Shown piece by piece: positions 1 to 11,965 of a stretch of DNA of 64,000 nt. Position 1 is the stretch's first letter; the number at the start of each line of letters is the position of its first letter. Source of the DNA: Mobula hypostoma (taxonomy: Eukaryota); contig NC_086108.1 in assembly GCF_963921235.1 (NCBI RefSeq), positions 45,820,001 through 45,884,000 on the forward strand, read 5' to 3'. Made by a program: the position numbers and the translations under genes. The notes beneath the pieces were generated by a model. It ran no database searches, was not told the origin of the DNA, and saw only the letters and a list, made by a program, of their open reading frames with translations.

Positions 1-933
1 TTGACTCCAACTTCCACCCTCCCTTTCATTCACTTGGTCCATTTCTGACACCTCTTTCTTTCTTAATCTCATCTCTGGAACCAATTCACACGGCTATCTT
101 GATAATACCTCTTATCGCCCTGTCTCCATGATGGGGCTTTCCTTTCCAGGGCATCTGAGGAGTCCTCCTTCTTCAAAGAAAGGGGTTTCCCTTCCTCCAC
201 CATTGATGCTACCCTCACTGGCATCTCCTCTATTTTCCAGATGTCCGCACTTACCCCAACTTCCCATATCAGGGTTATAGTTCCTCTTGTTCTCACCTAC
301 CACCCCATGAGCCTCTGCATCCAATACATCGTTCTCTGCAACGCCCGCCATCTACAGTGGGATACTACCACCAAACACATCTTTACCTTCCCCCACCTCC
401 AAGCTTTCCGCAGTGATTGCTTCCTCCGCAGCTTCCTTGTCCATTCATCCCTCCCCACTAATCTCTCTCATGGGGCATATTTCTGCAAGTGACAAAAAAT
501 GCTACACATGTTCATTCACCTCCTCCCTTACCTCCAGTTTGTTGGGATCATCAATTGTATCCAGTGCACCTGATGCGGCCTCCTCTGCATTGCGAGGCCC
601 AATGTAAGTTGGGGGAGCACTTGGCAAACACTTCCGCTCCATCTGCTGAAAGCAGAATTTCCCAGAGGTTAAACATTTTCATTCCTATCCCCATTCTTGT
701 TCTGACATGTTGGTCCATAGCCTCCTCTTTTGCTACAATGAGGCTATCTCAGGGTGGAGGAGGAACACTTCATGTTCCATCTAGGTAGCCTCCAAGCTGA
801 TGGCATAAACATCGATTTCTCCTGGTAATTTCCCCCTCCCCTTCCATCTTCTTCTATTATCCACTCTGGCTCCTTGCCTCTTCTCCTCACCTGCATATCA
901 CCTCCCCGCAGTTCTCCTCCTTTCCTTTCTCCC
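1..933 (+). mobile_element. Penelope-like retroelement remnant (GIY-YIG endonuclease region); continues at 2002-2230 after an LTR insertion
   Basis: Decayed frame at ~556-645 reads CIQCT*CGLLCI..EAQCKLGEH, resembling the Penelope GIY-YIG motif CxxCxxxYIGETxRxLxxRxxEH; RVIVPLVLTYHP upstream; pyrimidine-rich 3' region. Confidence 0.75.
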
Positions 934-2001
934 TGTCATGGTTCAGTCCGTGAAGTCCACATTCCGGTTCACAGTTCGGTCCATGGATCCTTGTTCTGGG
1001 TTTTCCTGTTTGCTCTCTTGTTCTGTTGGGTGCCTTAATTAAGGCACCTGATTCTCATTGTGGGCTGGCACATAAATACCTTTGCAGACCAAGGATTCGG
1101 TGCTGGACTGTTCCCTTCCCTTCCCGCCTGAAACCTTGTCAGTATCCCCATCAAGTTCAACTGCCGGAGTGAGACCGGAGCCTTGCCATGCCAAGAGAAG
1201 GAACTATCTATCATTGAGTTTGGAACGGTCTCTTTGTGTCCCCATGTTTAGTATCCATGTTCTGTGTACCAGTCCCAGCCCTATGTCCTGTTCCCAAGGA
1301 GGAGTTCCTCGCCCAGCCTGGTGCTGGAGATTCCTCGTCCTGTGCTGGATCGTCCCCATCCGAATCCTCGGCAGTCATCCCGACCCTGCGTCTTAGGAAG
1401 GGTCCCGGCCCTGCGTCCTAGGAAGGGTCCTGGCCCTGCGTCCCAGGAAGGGTCCCGGCCCTGCATCCAACGAGGAGTCCTGGCTCCATACCCAAGGCCT
1501 AACCAAGCCGAGTCCAAGAGCCTCGTCCTGTGCTGGAGATTCCTCGCCCAGCCCAGGAGTATCTTGCTCAGCCCGATGCTGGAGTTCCCTCATCCTGTCC
1601 AGGAGTCTCTCGTCCTGCCCAAGCCACGTCCAAGAACCTCATCCTGTCCAAGTCATGACTTTGTGTTCTTGTTCTGTCCATGTGCCTCGTCCTGTACAGG
1701 AGTTCCATGTCCAGTCCTGTTGCCACGTCTCATCCTCGCCTAGATCCAGGGTCCGAGCCCAAGTGAAGACCCAGGTTCTGGGTCCCTGTCCAGTCTCTGG
1801 TTTGGAATACTAGCCCAGGCTCCTAGCTCCAAGTTCCTTGTCCTGGTCCCGCTTTCCTAGTGTGTCCTTGTCTTGTCCAGGGCCTGTGTCAAAGTCCAGC
1901 GTCATTTCTTTCCTTGCTTTCTTGACAAAACTAGTCCTGTTTCTAGTATTTCAGTGTCTGTGTCTTGCATTTGGGTCCGCTCCCAACACCCTTGAATGAC
2001 A
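934..2001. mobile_element. Solo LTR (Gypsy-like), 1068 bp
   Basis: Begins TGTCAT and ends ATGACA (perfect terminal inverted repeat); 5-bp target-site duplication CTCCC at 929-933 and 2002-2006; interrupts the Penelope remnant. Confidence 0.85.
1384..1468. repeat. 25-bp tandem repeat (~3.4 copies) inside the solo LTR
   Basis: Unit AGGAAGGGTCCCGGCCCTGCGTCCT starts at 1395, 1420 and 1445. Confidence 0.9.
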
Positions 2002-2230
2002 CTCCCATGGTCCACTTTCCTCTCCTTTCGGATTTCTTCTTCTCCAGCCCCTGACTTTTTCCACCCACCTGGCTTCACCTAGCAAGTCCTCCTTCCCCTC
2101 CCCCTGCCTGGTGTCTTCCCTCTTTCTTTCCAGTCCCGAAGAAGGGTCTTGGCCTGAAATATTGGCTGTTTGTTCATTTCTATAGATGCTGCCTGACCTG
2201 CTGAGTTCCTCTAGTGTTTTGTGTGTGTGT
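2002..2230 (+). mobile_element. Penelope-like 3' terminus with degenerate hammerhead motif
   Basis: CAGTC-CCGAAGA-AGGG-TCTTGG-CCT-GAAA-TATT-GGCTG at 2131-2168, then the recurrent tail ATAGATGCTGCCTGACCTGCTGAGTTCCTC..GTGTGTG. Confidence 0.75.
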
Positions 2231-2879
2231 TTGAATTGAATAATATGTTAAGTGAAGCACTGATAGAACAAATGGTGAAGAAGCTATATTACTACAAACA
2301 TAGCTTTGACAGGAGACCATATGAGAGTAACTTTAGAAATATATAGTATGTTCAACTTTGAGGTTAACCAAGATAATTAACAATCAACTTATCAGAGCAT
2401 TTAGAGTGAGATTATGGAAACACTTTCAGCAATATCAGGATGGAGACAACTTGATTAAAAACCATATGAGGTATGATTATCTTTAAACCTGTAAGTTCTG
2501 GGTTACTTTACAATGATAGTATTGTCCCGAACATCAGAAAACACCGACATAAATCAAGAGAGGACATGGAAGGCTAATTAAATCATTCTTTCTTAGAAAC
2601 AGAGTGAACATATGCACATTTTTAAGAAGAAGGAGTTGTCTAGAATAACAATGGAATGAAGAAGCAGTACTTCTTCATTCAAAGGATTAGTAAGCAGCAA
2701 ATCAAAGTTTGGTTGGAAATTTAGTCAATATATTGACCAGTATTTTCGGGACAAATGGACATTGCATTTGGGTGTTGAAAGTGATTGGCATTGGCGTATT
2801 TTACCTCTTCAGATGCATTGTCAAAATGGTCTTGTTTTAATTTTCAAATAGAGATTTAACCAATACTGGTAATGACTTA

Positions 2880-3605
2880 GGTGAGACCAAGCACAGACTT
2901 GGTGTCTGTTTTACTGAGCACCTGTGCCTGTTCTCCACAGCCATCCAGAGTCCCCAGTTGCAATCTGTTTTAATTCCACTCCCCATTCCCACATGGACCT
3001 CTCTGTCCTCTGCCTCCTCCACTACCAGGGTGAGACCAGATGAAAACTGGAAGAACACCACTTCATGTTTCACCTGGGTAGACTGAATATTGAATTCTGA
3101 TTTTCAAGGAAACCATTTCCCCTCTGACCCTTTCTTCTCCTTCAGGGCTTCCCTTCTTTCCAAGCCAAAACTCCAGCCCTTCACCACCTCACCCCGATCT
3201 CCCAGTTTATTCTCCCATCCACACCATCTGCCCACCACTGACATCCCCCCCCCCGCCAACTGTTCCGATTTGCTCACTATACTAATTTGGTTTCTCTTCA
3301 ACTCCCTTCCTTATCAGAATCCACAACCTGCAGCTTTCAATGACAGTATCATTTTCCAGCCTTTATGATTTCCCCCTCCCAACTATCTGCCAATCAACCA
3401 TCTGTCACTTGGATCCACTCATTGCTTTCCAGTTCTTGCCCCGCATCTCCCCATCATATCTTTATACCTTCCCCCTACTTTTTCCATTAAGTTGAAGGGG
3501 CTTGACCTGAAATGTCACCTGCTCAATCCCTGGCATTCTGAGTTTCTTCAGCAGTTTGTTTATTTGCTCCAGATTCCTGTATCTGCAATCTGTGGCATCT
3601 CCAGA
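2880..3605 (+). mobile_element. Old Penelope-like remnant
   Basis: GGTGAGACCAAGCACAGACTTGGTGTCTGTTTTACTGAGCAC (GETKHRLGVCFTEH); 3' tail with GAAGGGGCTTGACCTGAAATGTC and TTGCTCCAGATTCC..ATCTGCA. Confidence 0.6.
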
Positions 3606-3904
3606 AATAATACTACTCATTCCTCTTCTGTCAAATTTTTCTATAAGCTTGTAAACTACAGGGCCTGCAAACTTAATGTATGTAATCTTTTAACATAATT
3701 AACATTTTGAGCCTATTATTACTGTTTTATTGACACCGCATGCAATTTATTATGCAAGATGTAATGTCAGAATTATCATTATGACAAGATATAGGCGTAT
3801 CAGGAATTAGCAGAAACAATATGGGCCACTTGGGCCAATAAAATTGTTTTCATGCTGTACTACATGGTGACTCTACAATATAACAGTTTTTGGCCATTGG
3901 GCTT

Positions 3905-5445
3905 CTGAGACCATGAGATATGACAGCAGAATTAGGCCATTTGGCCCATCAAGTCAGCACTTCCATTTCATCATGGCTGATCCAATTTTCCTCTCTGCCC
4001 CAGTCTCCTGTCTTCTCCCCGTATCCCTTCATGCCCTGACTGATCAAGAACCTCTCAACCTCTGCCATAAGTATACATAAAGACTTGGCCTCCACAGCTC
4101 CCTGTGGCAACAAATTCCACAGATTCACCACTCCCTGGCTAAAGAAATTCCTCCTCATCTCCATTCTGAAAGGCTACCCCTCTATTAAGGGGTAAGTTTT
4201 TTTTAACGCAGAGAGTGGTGAGTGCGTGGAATGGGCTGCTGGTGACGGTAGTGGAGGCAAATACAATAGGGTCTTCTAAGAGACTCCTGGATAGGTACAT
4301 GGAGCTTAGAAAAATAGAGGACTACAGGTAACCCTAAGTAATTTCTAAAGTAAGTACATGTTCGGCACAGCATTGTGGGCCGAAGGGCCTGTTTTGTGCT
4401 GTAGGTTTTCTATGTTTATTTTGAGGCTATGTCCTCTGGTCCTAGACTCTCCCAACATAGGAAACATGCTCTCCACATCTAATCAATTAAAATCTTTCCC
4501 CATTCGATGTTTCAATTATGCACCCGTTATTCTTTGGAATTCTGGTGAATGCAGACCCAGAGCCATCAAGCGCTCTTCATATGACAAGCCATTCAATCCT
4601 GGAATCATTTCGTGAGTCTCCTTTGTACCCTCTCCAATTTCAGCACACTCTTTCTAAGATAAGGGGCCCAAAACTGCTCACAATACTCCAAGTGAGGCCT
4701 CACTAGTGCTTTATAAAGTTTCAACAGTACATCCTTTGCTTTTATATTCTAGTCCTCTTGAAATGAATGCTAACATTTCATTTGTCTTCTTCTCCACAGA
4801 CTCAACCTGCAAATTAACCTTTAGGGAATCCTGCACAAGGACTCCCAGGTCACTTTGTGCCTCAGATGTTTGAATTTTCTCTCCATTTAGAAAATAGTCT
4901 ATCCTTTTATTTTGTCTACCAAAGTACATGACTATACACTTCCTGACACCGTATTTGGCCTTCTACTTCTCTGCCCATTCTCCTAATCTGCCCAAATCTT
5001 TCAGTAGCCTCCCTATTTCCTCAAAGCTACCTGCCTCTCCAGCTACCTTCGCATCATCTGCAAACTTTGCAACACAGCAATCAATTCCATCGTCAACGTA
5101 ACTGACATATAATGTAAAAAGAAGCAGCCCCAACACTGACCCCTGTAGAACACCAGTATCAACGGGCAGCCAGCCAGAAAAGGCTCCCTTTATTTGGCTC
5201 CAGCCAATCAGCCACTGCTTTATCCATACTGGTCTCTTTCCTGTAATACCATGGGATTGTAGCTTGTTAAGCAGCCTCAGGAGTGACACCTTATCTAGTC
5301 TTCTCTGCCATTTGATCATGGCTGATATTTTAAAGCCATTCTCCCCCTTGACAACCTTATTAATCAAGAACCTTTCGATCTGTCTTAAAGATATTTTTCT
5401 CCACAGCTGTGGCAAGGGATTCCACAGATTCACCCCCTCTGGCTG
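3905..5445 (-). mobile_element. CR1-type LINE 3' fragments (RT region and tail), with a nested + strand CR1 tail at ~4187-4416
   Basis: Minus-strand ORFs carry GVLQGSVLGLLLFTLY, KFADDAKV, MRRNFFSQGVVNLWN. Confidence 0.85.
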
Positions 5446-6268
5446 AAGAAACTCTTTCTCAATCTACGAGATTGATAGAGCAGGAACATAACTTATATTC
5501 TCACAGTGCTCTAGATCATTCAGCTCAACACCCTTTTTCATTACTTTGCTCCAGTCTTAGCTGCTGGGGAAAAAAAACGTGCCTGCACCTGTTTTTCTTT
5601 AATAAGGCATTCATGGATCCTGTCTTTTGATCATTTTGAAATAACTTAAATCCAAAAATTAAGACCTACTTTTTACCAACATTGAAGTTGCTTTGTCACA
5701 ATTTTGGCGATTTGCCGAATCTATTAATATCCCTTTGTATTGCAGTCTTTCTGTTGACACCTGCAATACCACCTAGCCTTTTTTTTTGCTGCCAGCAAAC
5801 TTGGAAATGTGGGTTTCTATTTCATCATACCAGTGTTTGGTGAGTTGTTTCACCCCTAAAACATATCATTTGGGGTCGTGAACAATCAATTAAATTTCCT
5901 AATTAGGTCAGTGATTTGCCGTCTATTCCTTGAGATTCCGATTCATGTAATATTCCCACATAGGAATTTTATCACATGCCTTCCGTGTGCGTTTAAATGA
6001 CAGCCGCAAACATTGGGCTCGGAGTGGGTACGGGGAGGCAGGTCACATCCCAGTGAATTTTGTCGTTCGATCCTGTTGAATTTCTGCATTCCCATTCGCT
6101 TAACCTGCGCTCCTGCTGCGAAATCGGGAATGTGATGTGATTGCGCTTTAACTTTACGTTCCTCCTTCTAGTACTTACGTCAGGAGCTGCCGTTTGGCTT
6201 CGCTCCTACGAGGGACAGTGCTGTTCAAGGCGAGAGGTTGCAGCGTCAGGGGATGAGCAAAGGAGACA

Positions 6269-6320
6269 ATGTGGATTCTTTCGTTTGCGTTGTTATTATT
6301 GAATTTGCACGTGCTTGAAG
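6269..6320 (+). CDS. LRP8: First coding exon: signal peptide MWILSFALLLLNLHVLE(G) of an LDL-receptor-family protein
   Basis: ATG with A at -3; in-frame TGA 15 nt upstream (6254-6256); hydrophobic signal-peptide-like translation; donor AAG|GTTAGT in phase 1 matching the next exon. Confidence 0.7.
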
Positions 6321-6791
6321 GTTAGTACATGTGTTTTTAAAAAAATAAATCTTAATAGGTATTTTGGAATTGACAATGGTGGGTCATGTTTTCATGCCAG
6401 TCCATTGAATGTGATGGTGTTTAGAGTTGAAATAAATCGGCATGCCGAAGGGTATTGATTTTCATCCGTATTCTTTCCAGCCAAAACGCTAGAGTAAACG
6501 TGTATCCGATTCATTGCCAGTTTTTTTTGGCTTTAAAATATTTTGGTAATTAACACTTGCAGTTTTTTTATTACAGCTGCTGAGCAGGACAGCTATTTCC
6601 TGGTATAGTAATTTTTTTAATGAATGATATGAGGTTTTAGCAGTATTGCCTTACCAGGAGCTACTTCTGGTGGTAGCTCGGTGCGGGGCGCACATCGTGT
6701 ATTTTTGCATTGCTATAGCTGGGTTTTTGTTTTATTTTTTTGCACTGTTTGAACCGTGTAAATAAAAACCGATCCCCACCCCGCCGTTCAG

Positions 6792-6911
6792 GTACTCGGC
6801 TGCACTGTGACGAGGGTCAGTTTCAATGCAAGAACAATCGGTGCATCGCGTTACTTTGGCGCTGTGATGGAGACGACGACTGTATGGACAACAGCGATGA
6901 GGACGACTGCC
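6792..6911 (+). CDS. LRP8: Coding exon for the first LDL-receptor class A (ligand-binding) repeat, [40 protein letters not shown]; most likely LRP8/ApoER2 (VLDLR is the alternative)
   Basis: Six-Cys LDLa motif with DCxDxSDE; acceptor TTCAG| at 6791, donor C|GTGAGT at 6912; 120 nt, phase 1-1. The SDEDDC ending, next codon starting with C (Pro of CPKK in LRP8), short preceding intron (471 nt) and very long following intron favour LRP8. Exon itself ~0.95, gene identity ~0.7. Confidence 0.85.
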
Positions 6912-7842
6912 GTGAGTACCATCAGATTATGAAATGCCAGTGGGAAGTGAGGTGGTTTAACACGTTGTGGCCCGCAGCCAAGGTGCTTGGTGAATTACCC
7001 CAGACTGCACTGGGACCAATCAGGCCCATTTGGCAGGGCAACACATGCCCACCACCGGCTGCTTCGCTGTGGGATGACAGTAACTTTACCCGGGTTGCGT
7101 TGTAAATGAGCGGAAATGTGTCGGCTTGTGTTTCGAAGCAAGGCAATATAGTCGTTGGCTGGCGATGGAACAGCAGATATACCACGTGGCTGTAAACCAC
7201 CAATAGGCAATGCCAGTTTAGACACGCCTCTTTACCTTTTAAGCCCCGCCAGTAAGGTGTAGTTCATTCATTAAGTGTAAGGTCAACTCTTGGATGACCT
7301 GGGAGGAGTAGGAAGTGTGTGGCTCCAAAACTGCATGATTCGTGTCGCTTACATAAAATACAAGCGGAGCAAAAACAGAATTCGTGCAAAGAAAAAAAAA
7401 TTAACACGGCAGTAAATTGTTCTGGAGCAGTGGCGTTCATTCTTAAACTTTTCTCTAGCATTTTACATCATCGCCAAATCAGCCATGCCGTCGCGGGACC
7501 CAATCGAGTTTCTCAGGGACGGCAGCTAATTCAAAGGAAGGAGTGCGTGTTGGTTCGTTGCTCACTGGTCAGTGTTGCTTAGTTATCAGGGAATTCAAAT
7601 GTCATATTCAAATGGAATATAAACCTTCATGAAGAGTGGCCCGTATCTGTTGTGTGTTTAGTGTGGAAAAGAAGGGAGAAAATTTAAAGAGCATATTGAG
7701 TTGGTGAAATAGAGTAACACACAAAATGCTGGAGGAAATTAGCAGTGAAATAATGTTAAATTATCGGAATAAGAAATTTATGGTTCCCTAACTAAAAAAA
7801 AAGATTGTCCATTATAGCAACAAGAATGCTGATTTTTTTTTT

Positions 7843-9057
7843 AGCAATGAGCACAAAATGCTGGAGGAACTCAACAAGTCAGGCAGCATCCATGGAGGAG
7901 AAAAAGCATTTTTCCCTTGTTCTTGCCTACCATCCCACGAGCCTCTACTCTCCATAACCTTCACCATGTCCAATAGGATCCCACCACTAAGCACGTCTTT
8001 CCCTCCCCCTCCCCACTCCACTTTCTATAGGGATCACTCTCCACGTGGCTCCCTTGTTCACTCATTCCTCTCCTCTGATCTTCCTCCTGGCAGTTATCCT
8101 TGCAAGTGTGACAAGTGTTGTACCTACCCCTACACCACTTCTCTCACCACCATTGGGTTCCCCAAGCAGTCCTTGGGTGAAGTGACACTTCACCTGCATC
8201 TATTGTATCTGTTGCTCCTGATGTGGCCTCCTCTACTTCAGAGAGACCTGGCACAGATTGGGGGACTGCTCTGCCAAGTACCTTCACTCCATTCGCTGCA
8301 ACGGACGGGATCTCCCAGTGGCTACCCATTTCAGTCCTATTTCCCATTCCTGTTCTGATGTGATGAAGCCAAACTCGGGAGCGCCACTTCCTCTCTGCCT
8401 GGGTAGTCTCCAACCTGATGGTATGAACATCAATGTCTCTAACTTCTGGTAATTTCAACTACCACCCCCCCCCCCACCATCTCTTCTTGACATTCTCAAT
8501 TCTAGTTACCTTCTCACCCTAAACAAGAGAAAATCTGCAGATGCTGGAAATCAGAGCAACACACACAAAATGCTGGAGGAACTCAGCAGGCCAGGCAGCC
8601 CAAACGTCGACTGTGCTCTTTTCCATAGATGCTGCCTGGCCTTCTGAGTTCCTCCAGCATTTTGTATGATACCTTCTCACCCCTTCTCTTCTCACCTGCC
8701 CATCACCTCCCTATGGTTGCTGTCCTCCTTCCCTTTCTCCCATTGCCCTCTCCTGTTGGATTTTTTCAGCCCCTTACTCCTTGTACCTATCCCCTTCCAG
8801 CTTCTACAATCAAACCCCCTTCCCCACCCACTTGGTTTCACCAATCACTTGCCACAGCTTGTGCTCCATCCGGTTACACCCCCTCCCCCACCTCATTCTG
8901 CTTCTGCTCCCTTCCTTTCCAGTTATGATGAATCATCTTAGTCCAAAATGTCAGCTATTTATTCCCTTCATAGATGTGACCTGAGTTGCTGAGTCCCTCC
9001 AGCAATTTGTGTGTGTGTTGCTTAAGATTTCCAGCATCTGCAGAACCTCTTGTGTTT
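7843..9057 (+). mobile_element. 5'-truncated Penelope-like element with inverted partial terminal repeat at its 5' end
   Basis: 7843-7900 is the reverse complement of the 3' tail (8970-9020); body has RGSLVHS..PGSYPCKCDKCCTYPY and a decayed GIY-YIG segment (IGDCSAKYLHSI). Confidence 0.8.
8520..8669 (-). mobile_element. Fold-back mini-element made of Penelope termini
   Basis: Arms ACAAAATGCTGGAGGAACTCAGCAGGCCAGGCAGC / GCTGCCTGGCCTTCTGAGTTCCTCCAGCATTTTGT; 13-bp TSD TACCTTCTCACCC at 8507-8519 and 8670-8682. Confidence 0.85.
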
Positions 9058-10099
9058 ATGAATTGCTGAATTTTTAAGTGGTGTGAGACATGAGGAAATA
9101 TGTCTGAGTACTTGGGGTGCTGAATCTTTTAGAATTTAGTAACCTGGATGCTCGGTCCGGGTTGTTTTTGGGGTAAGGTGTGTTTGAGGTGGAAGACCAG
9201 TCAGGATGTTGAATGATGGAGTAGATCTGAAGCCCTTAATGGGCTGATCTGCTTAGGTTTTCGGAATGCAAGACTGATTGCCGGGAGATTTGGGTTGCTG
9301 TGATTGAGTGTGAGTAAAATCAAAATGTTTGTTTGTTTTTGGCGTCACAACTGTCCAAAAGCTTCATGTCCACTTTTAGTAATTTCATTTTAAGCCCAAG
9401 TGCAAATTTTCATTCCCTCATATATTCTACATCTTTTAAAAGTGTTAAACCATTTGTTATAATCACTCTTTTTGTAGTAATTTCACATCTCCCCACTACT
9501 GTATTAGATTTCCCACTGCTCATCTTTTACTTGATAAGTATAGCTTTGTTTTTATTATTTTCCTTGTTAATCTTCTCTACTCTGCCTTTATTCTTCTGAT
9601 CATACGACAACCAGAACTGTATGCAGCTCTAAATGTGATTGACTCAAAGTCTGGTGCAACTTTACTATGAAGTTCCCAGCTTTTCAGTTTTTTAGTAATA
9701 AACCCTTGTGTTTTGCTTCTGCTCATGAAGTGCAATATTAGTACTCCAAAGGTCTCTTGGCTCCTCTGCCCCCATCAGGACTTGAAGTTTCCAAATAAGA
9801 AAATTACCTTTCTACAAAATATACTCCCTTTTGTGTTGAACAGTTGCCAACGATTTATCAATTTGCATGTTTATTAATGTCCTTGTGAGCTTTCTCATCC
9901 CACTTCAGTATCAAGATTTTGATCCTGACATCCAGATAACTAAAGTAAATTGTAAACAGCAGCGGACACAGCACCGATCCTTGTGGAATACCACAATCCA
10001 TTTCCTCCTCTGAACAGCCCCCATTTGAACAGTTCCCCTTTTTGGAACAAATGAACCACCTATTCTGCTGGCACTCTGCATTCTTCAAACTTGAAAGTA

Positions 10100-10955
10100 G
10101 GACTTGGACAGATTAGGAGAACGGACGAAGAAGTGGCAGATGGAATATAATGTAGGGAAGTGTACGGTCATGTGCTTTGGTAGAAGGAATAAAGGCATAC
10201 ACTATTTTCTAAACACAGAATTCAGAAGTGAGAGGACTTGGGTGTCCTGGTGCAGGTTCCCCTAAAGGTTACCTTGCGGGTTGAATCGGTGGGAAGGAAG
10301 CCAAATGCAATGTTGGCATTTGGAACTGGAAATATAAAAGGACTGGAATATAAAAGAAAAGGTGTAATGCTGAGTCTTTTTAAGGGATTGGTCAGACCAC
10401 ATTTGGAGTAATGTGAGCTGTGTTGGGCCCCATATCTAAGAAAGGATGTGCTGATGTTGGAGAGAGTCCAGAAAAGGTTCATGAGCATTATCCCAGTGCC
10501 AAAAGGGTTAACATATGAGGCAGGAATGATGGCTCTGGGACTGAACTTGTTGGAGTTTAGAAAAATAAGGGGGGGTGGATCTCGTTGAAGCCTGCCGAAT
10601 ATTGAAAGGCCTATATAAAGCAGAGGTGGACAGGGTGCTTCTAACAGTGAGAGAGTCTAGAACCAGAGGGCACAGCTTTATAATGCAAGGATGTCCCTTT
10701 AGAAAAGAGATGAGGAAAAATTTCTTTAGCCAGAGGCTGGTGAATCTGTGGAGTTATTGCCACTGATGCCTGGGGATGCCAGGTCATTGGGGATATTTAA
10801 TGTGGATGCCGATAGAAGGCTAATTAATAAGGGCATCAAACTTTACAGGAAGGAGAATGGGTCTGAGAAGAAAAATAAGTCAGTCATGATCAAACTGTGG
10901 TGCGGATCAATGGGCTGAATGGCTTAGTTCTGGCTCCCAGGTCTTATCCTCTTAT
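10100..10955 (+). mobile_element. CR1-type LINE 3' fragment
   Basis: ESRTRGHS..MRKNFFSQRLVNLW and the GGGCTGAATGGCTTAGTTCTG tail shared with other copies. Confidence 0.85.
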
Positions 10956-11460
10956 TATGAGGTACATTTTGGAATTTCTTTTGAAATCTAGATAAACTGC
11001 ATCCACCGAATTCCTATTGACTGTCAGTCATTTTTCAGATATAAAGGCTGCAGTTAACATACAAGTAATCTTCTGAGTTAGAGTTTGGATTTCAGTGATT
11101 CCAATTGCTGAGGACTTAACATGGATTTCTTGAGCTTTTTTTAAAATAAACTTTGATTCTCAGGACAAATTTAAAATTCTGCACGTTTACTTCTAATCCT
11201 CCCTGCTGAAAGAAAAATCATTCTGCAGAGAGCCATGTAATGTTCTCTTTTATCTCTGGTTTTCATTAATTGTTAAACACTGCTTTCCATTCCTTTTATG
11301 AAGAATGCTTTTAGTTTTTGGTTTTAAAATTATGAAATTGCATTGGCCCGATTGGCACCCATATTCGCTGTAGAGTCGAATAAACTTGGCCCCTATTGAG
11401 TTGAGTGAAGTACCATATTTCTAGTCTCCTTGATGCAATTGTGCTTATTGATCTGTTGGT

Positions 11461-11965
11461 GGTTGTCCATCATGTCCGGCGACGATAGGAAATGTGTGTG
11501 GGAGCATTCTCGTGGTGGAAAAGGCGTTGCACTGGGCCAGTTCGCTCTCTCGAATGAAGTCTGGGTCTAATTGTATGAACAAGCGTCACAAACTGGGGTC
11601 TTTGGATTCAGTGGATGACCCTGACATCTTCTGTGCCTTGTCATGCCCTTTGCTCTCCACGGAGCGATGCAGTACACTCTTCCTGGCCATTGGATCCCAC
11701 CGTAGATCTCATCTGCCCGGTCCATTGGAGCTGATTTCGTATGCTAGGGCAGGCATGTTCCTGTCTCACTGAGGTATGAGGCTGCTGGCTACCTTCACCT
11801 GGTTTAACCCGTCTGTCGAAGTGGTATGCCCAGGGTGTGCCCCCTGTCGCACGCAAGCAGCTACTTGGAGCCATGGGTGAGAGCTGAGTGTCTGGTGGAG
11901 ACCAAAAGGGGGTGAGCTGCCCTGGAATGGACATGACAAGCCCCTTCACCCTCCCTGACACCCCA
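11461..11965 (-). mobile_element. Non-autonomous RTE-clade retroposon (related to 61103-61657)
   Basis: Shares blocks with 61103-61657 (CACCTGGTTTA, GTCGCA.GCAA.CAGCTAC, GGTGAGAGCTGAGTG, CCTGACACCCC); RTE-like tail GATGGACAACC on the minus strand; no ORF. Confidence 0.6.

Larger units (their letters stand above)
5980..7560. promoter_or_regulatory. CpG-enriched, repeat-free region spanning the first coding exons (putative promoter/CpG island)
   Basis: Visibly higher CpG density than the CpG-depleted flanks; contains a CRE-like TTACGTCA (6175-6182) and an E-box CCACGTGG (7182-7189). TSS cannot be determined. Confidence 0.55.

Noticed and set aside
1384..1468. CRISPR-like array
   Set aside because: Contiguous tandem repeats with no unique spacers, in eukaryotic context with no cas genes.
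1264..1743. 159-aa Pro/Arg-rich ORF
   Set aside because: It arises from low-complexity tandem repeats inside the solo LTR.
6740..7105. 121-aa ORF as a single-exon gene
   Set aside because: Only 6792-6911 is LDLa-like and bounded by splice sites; the rest is intronic read-through.
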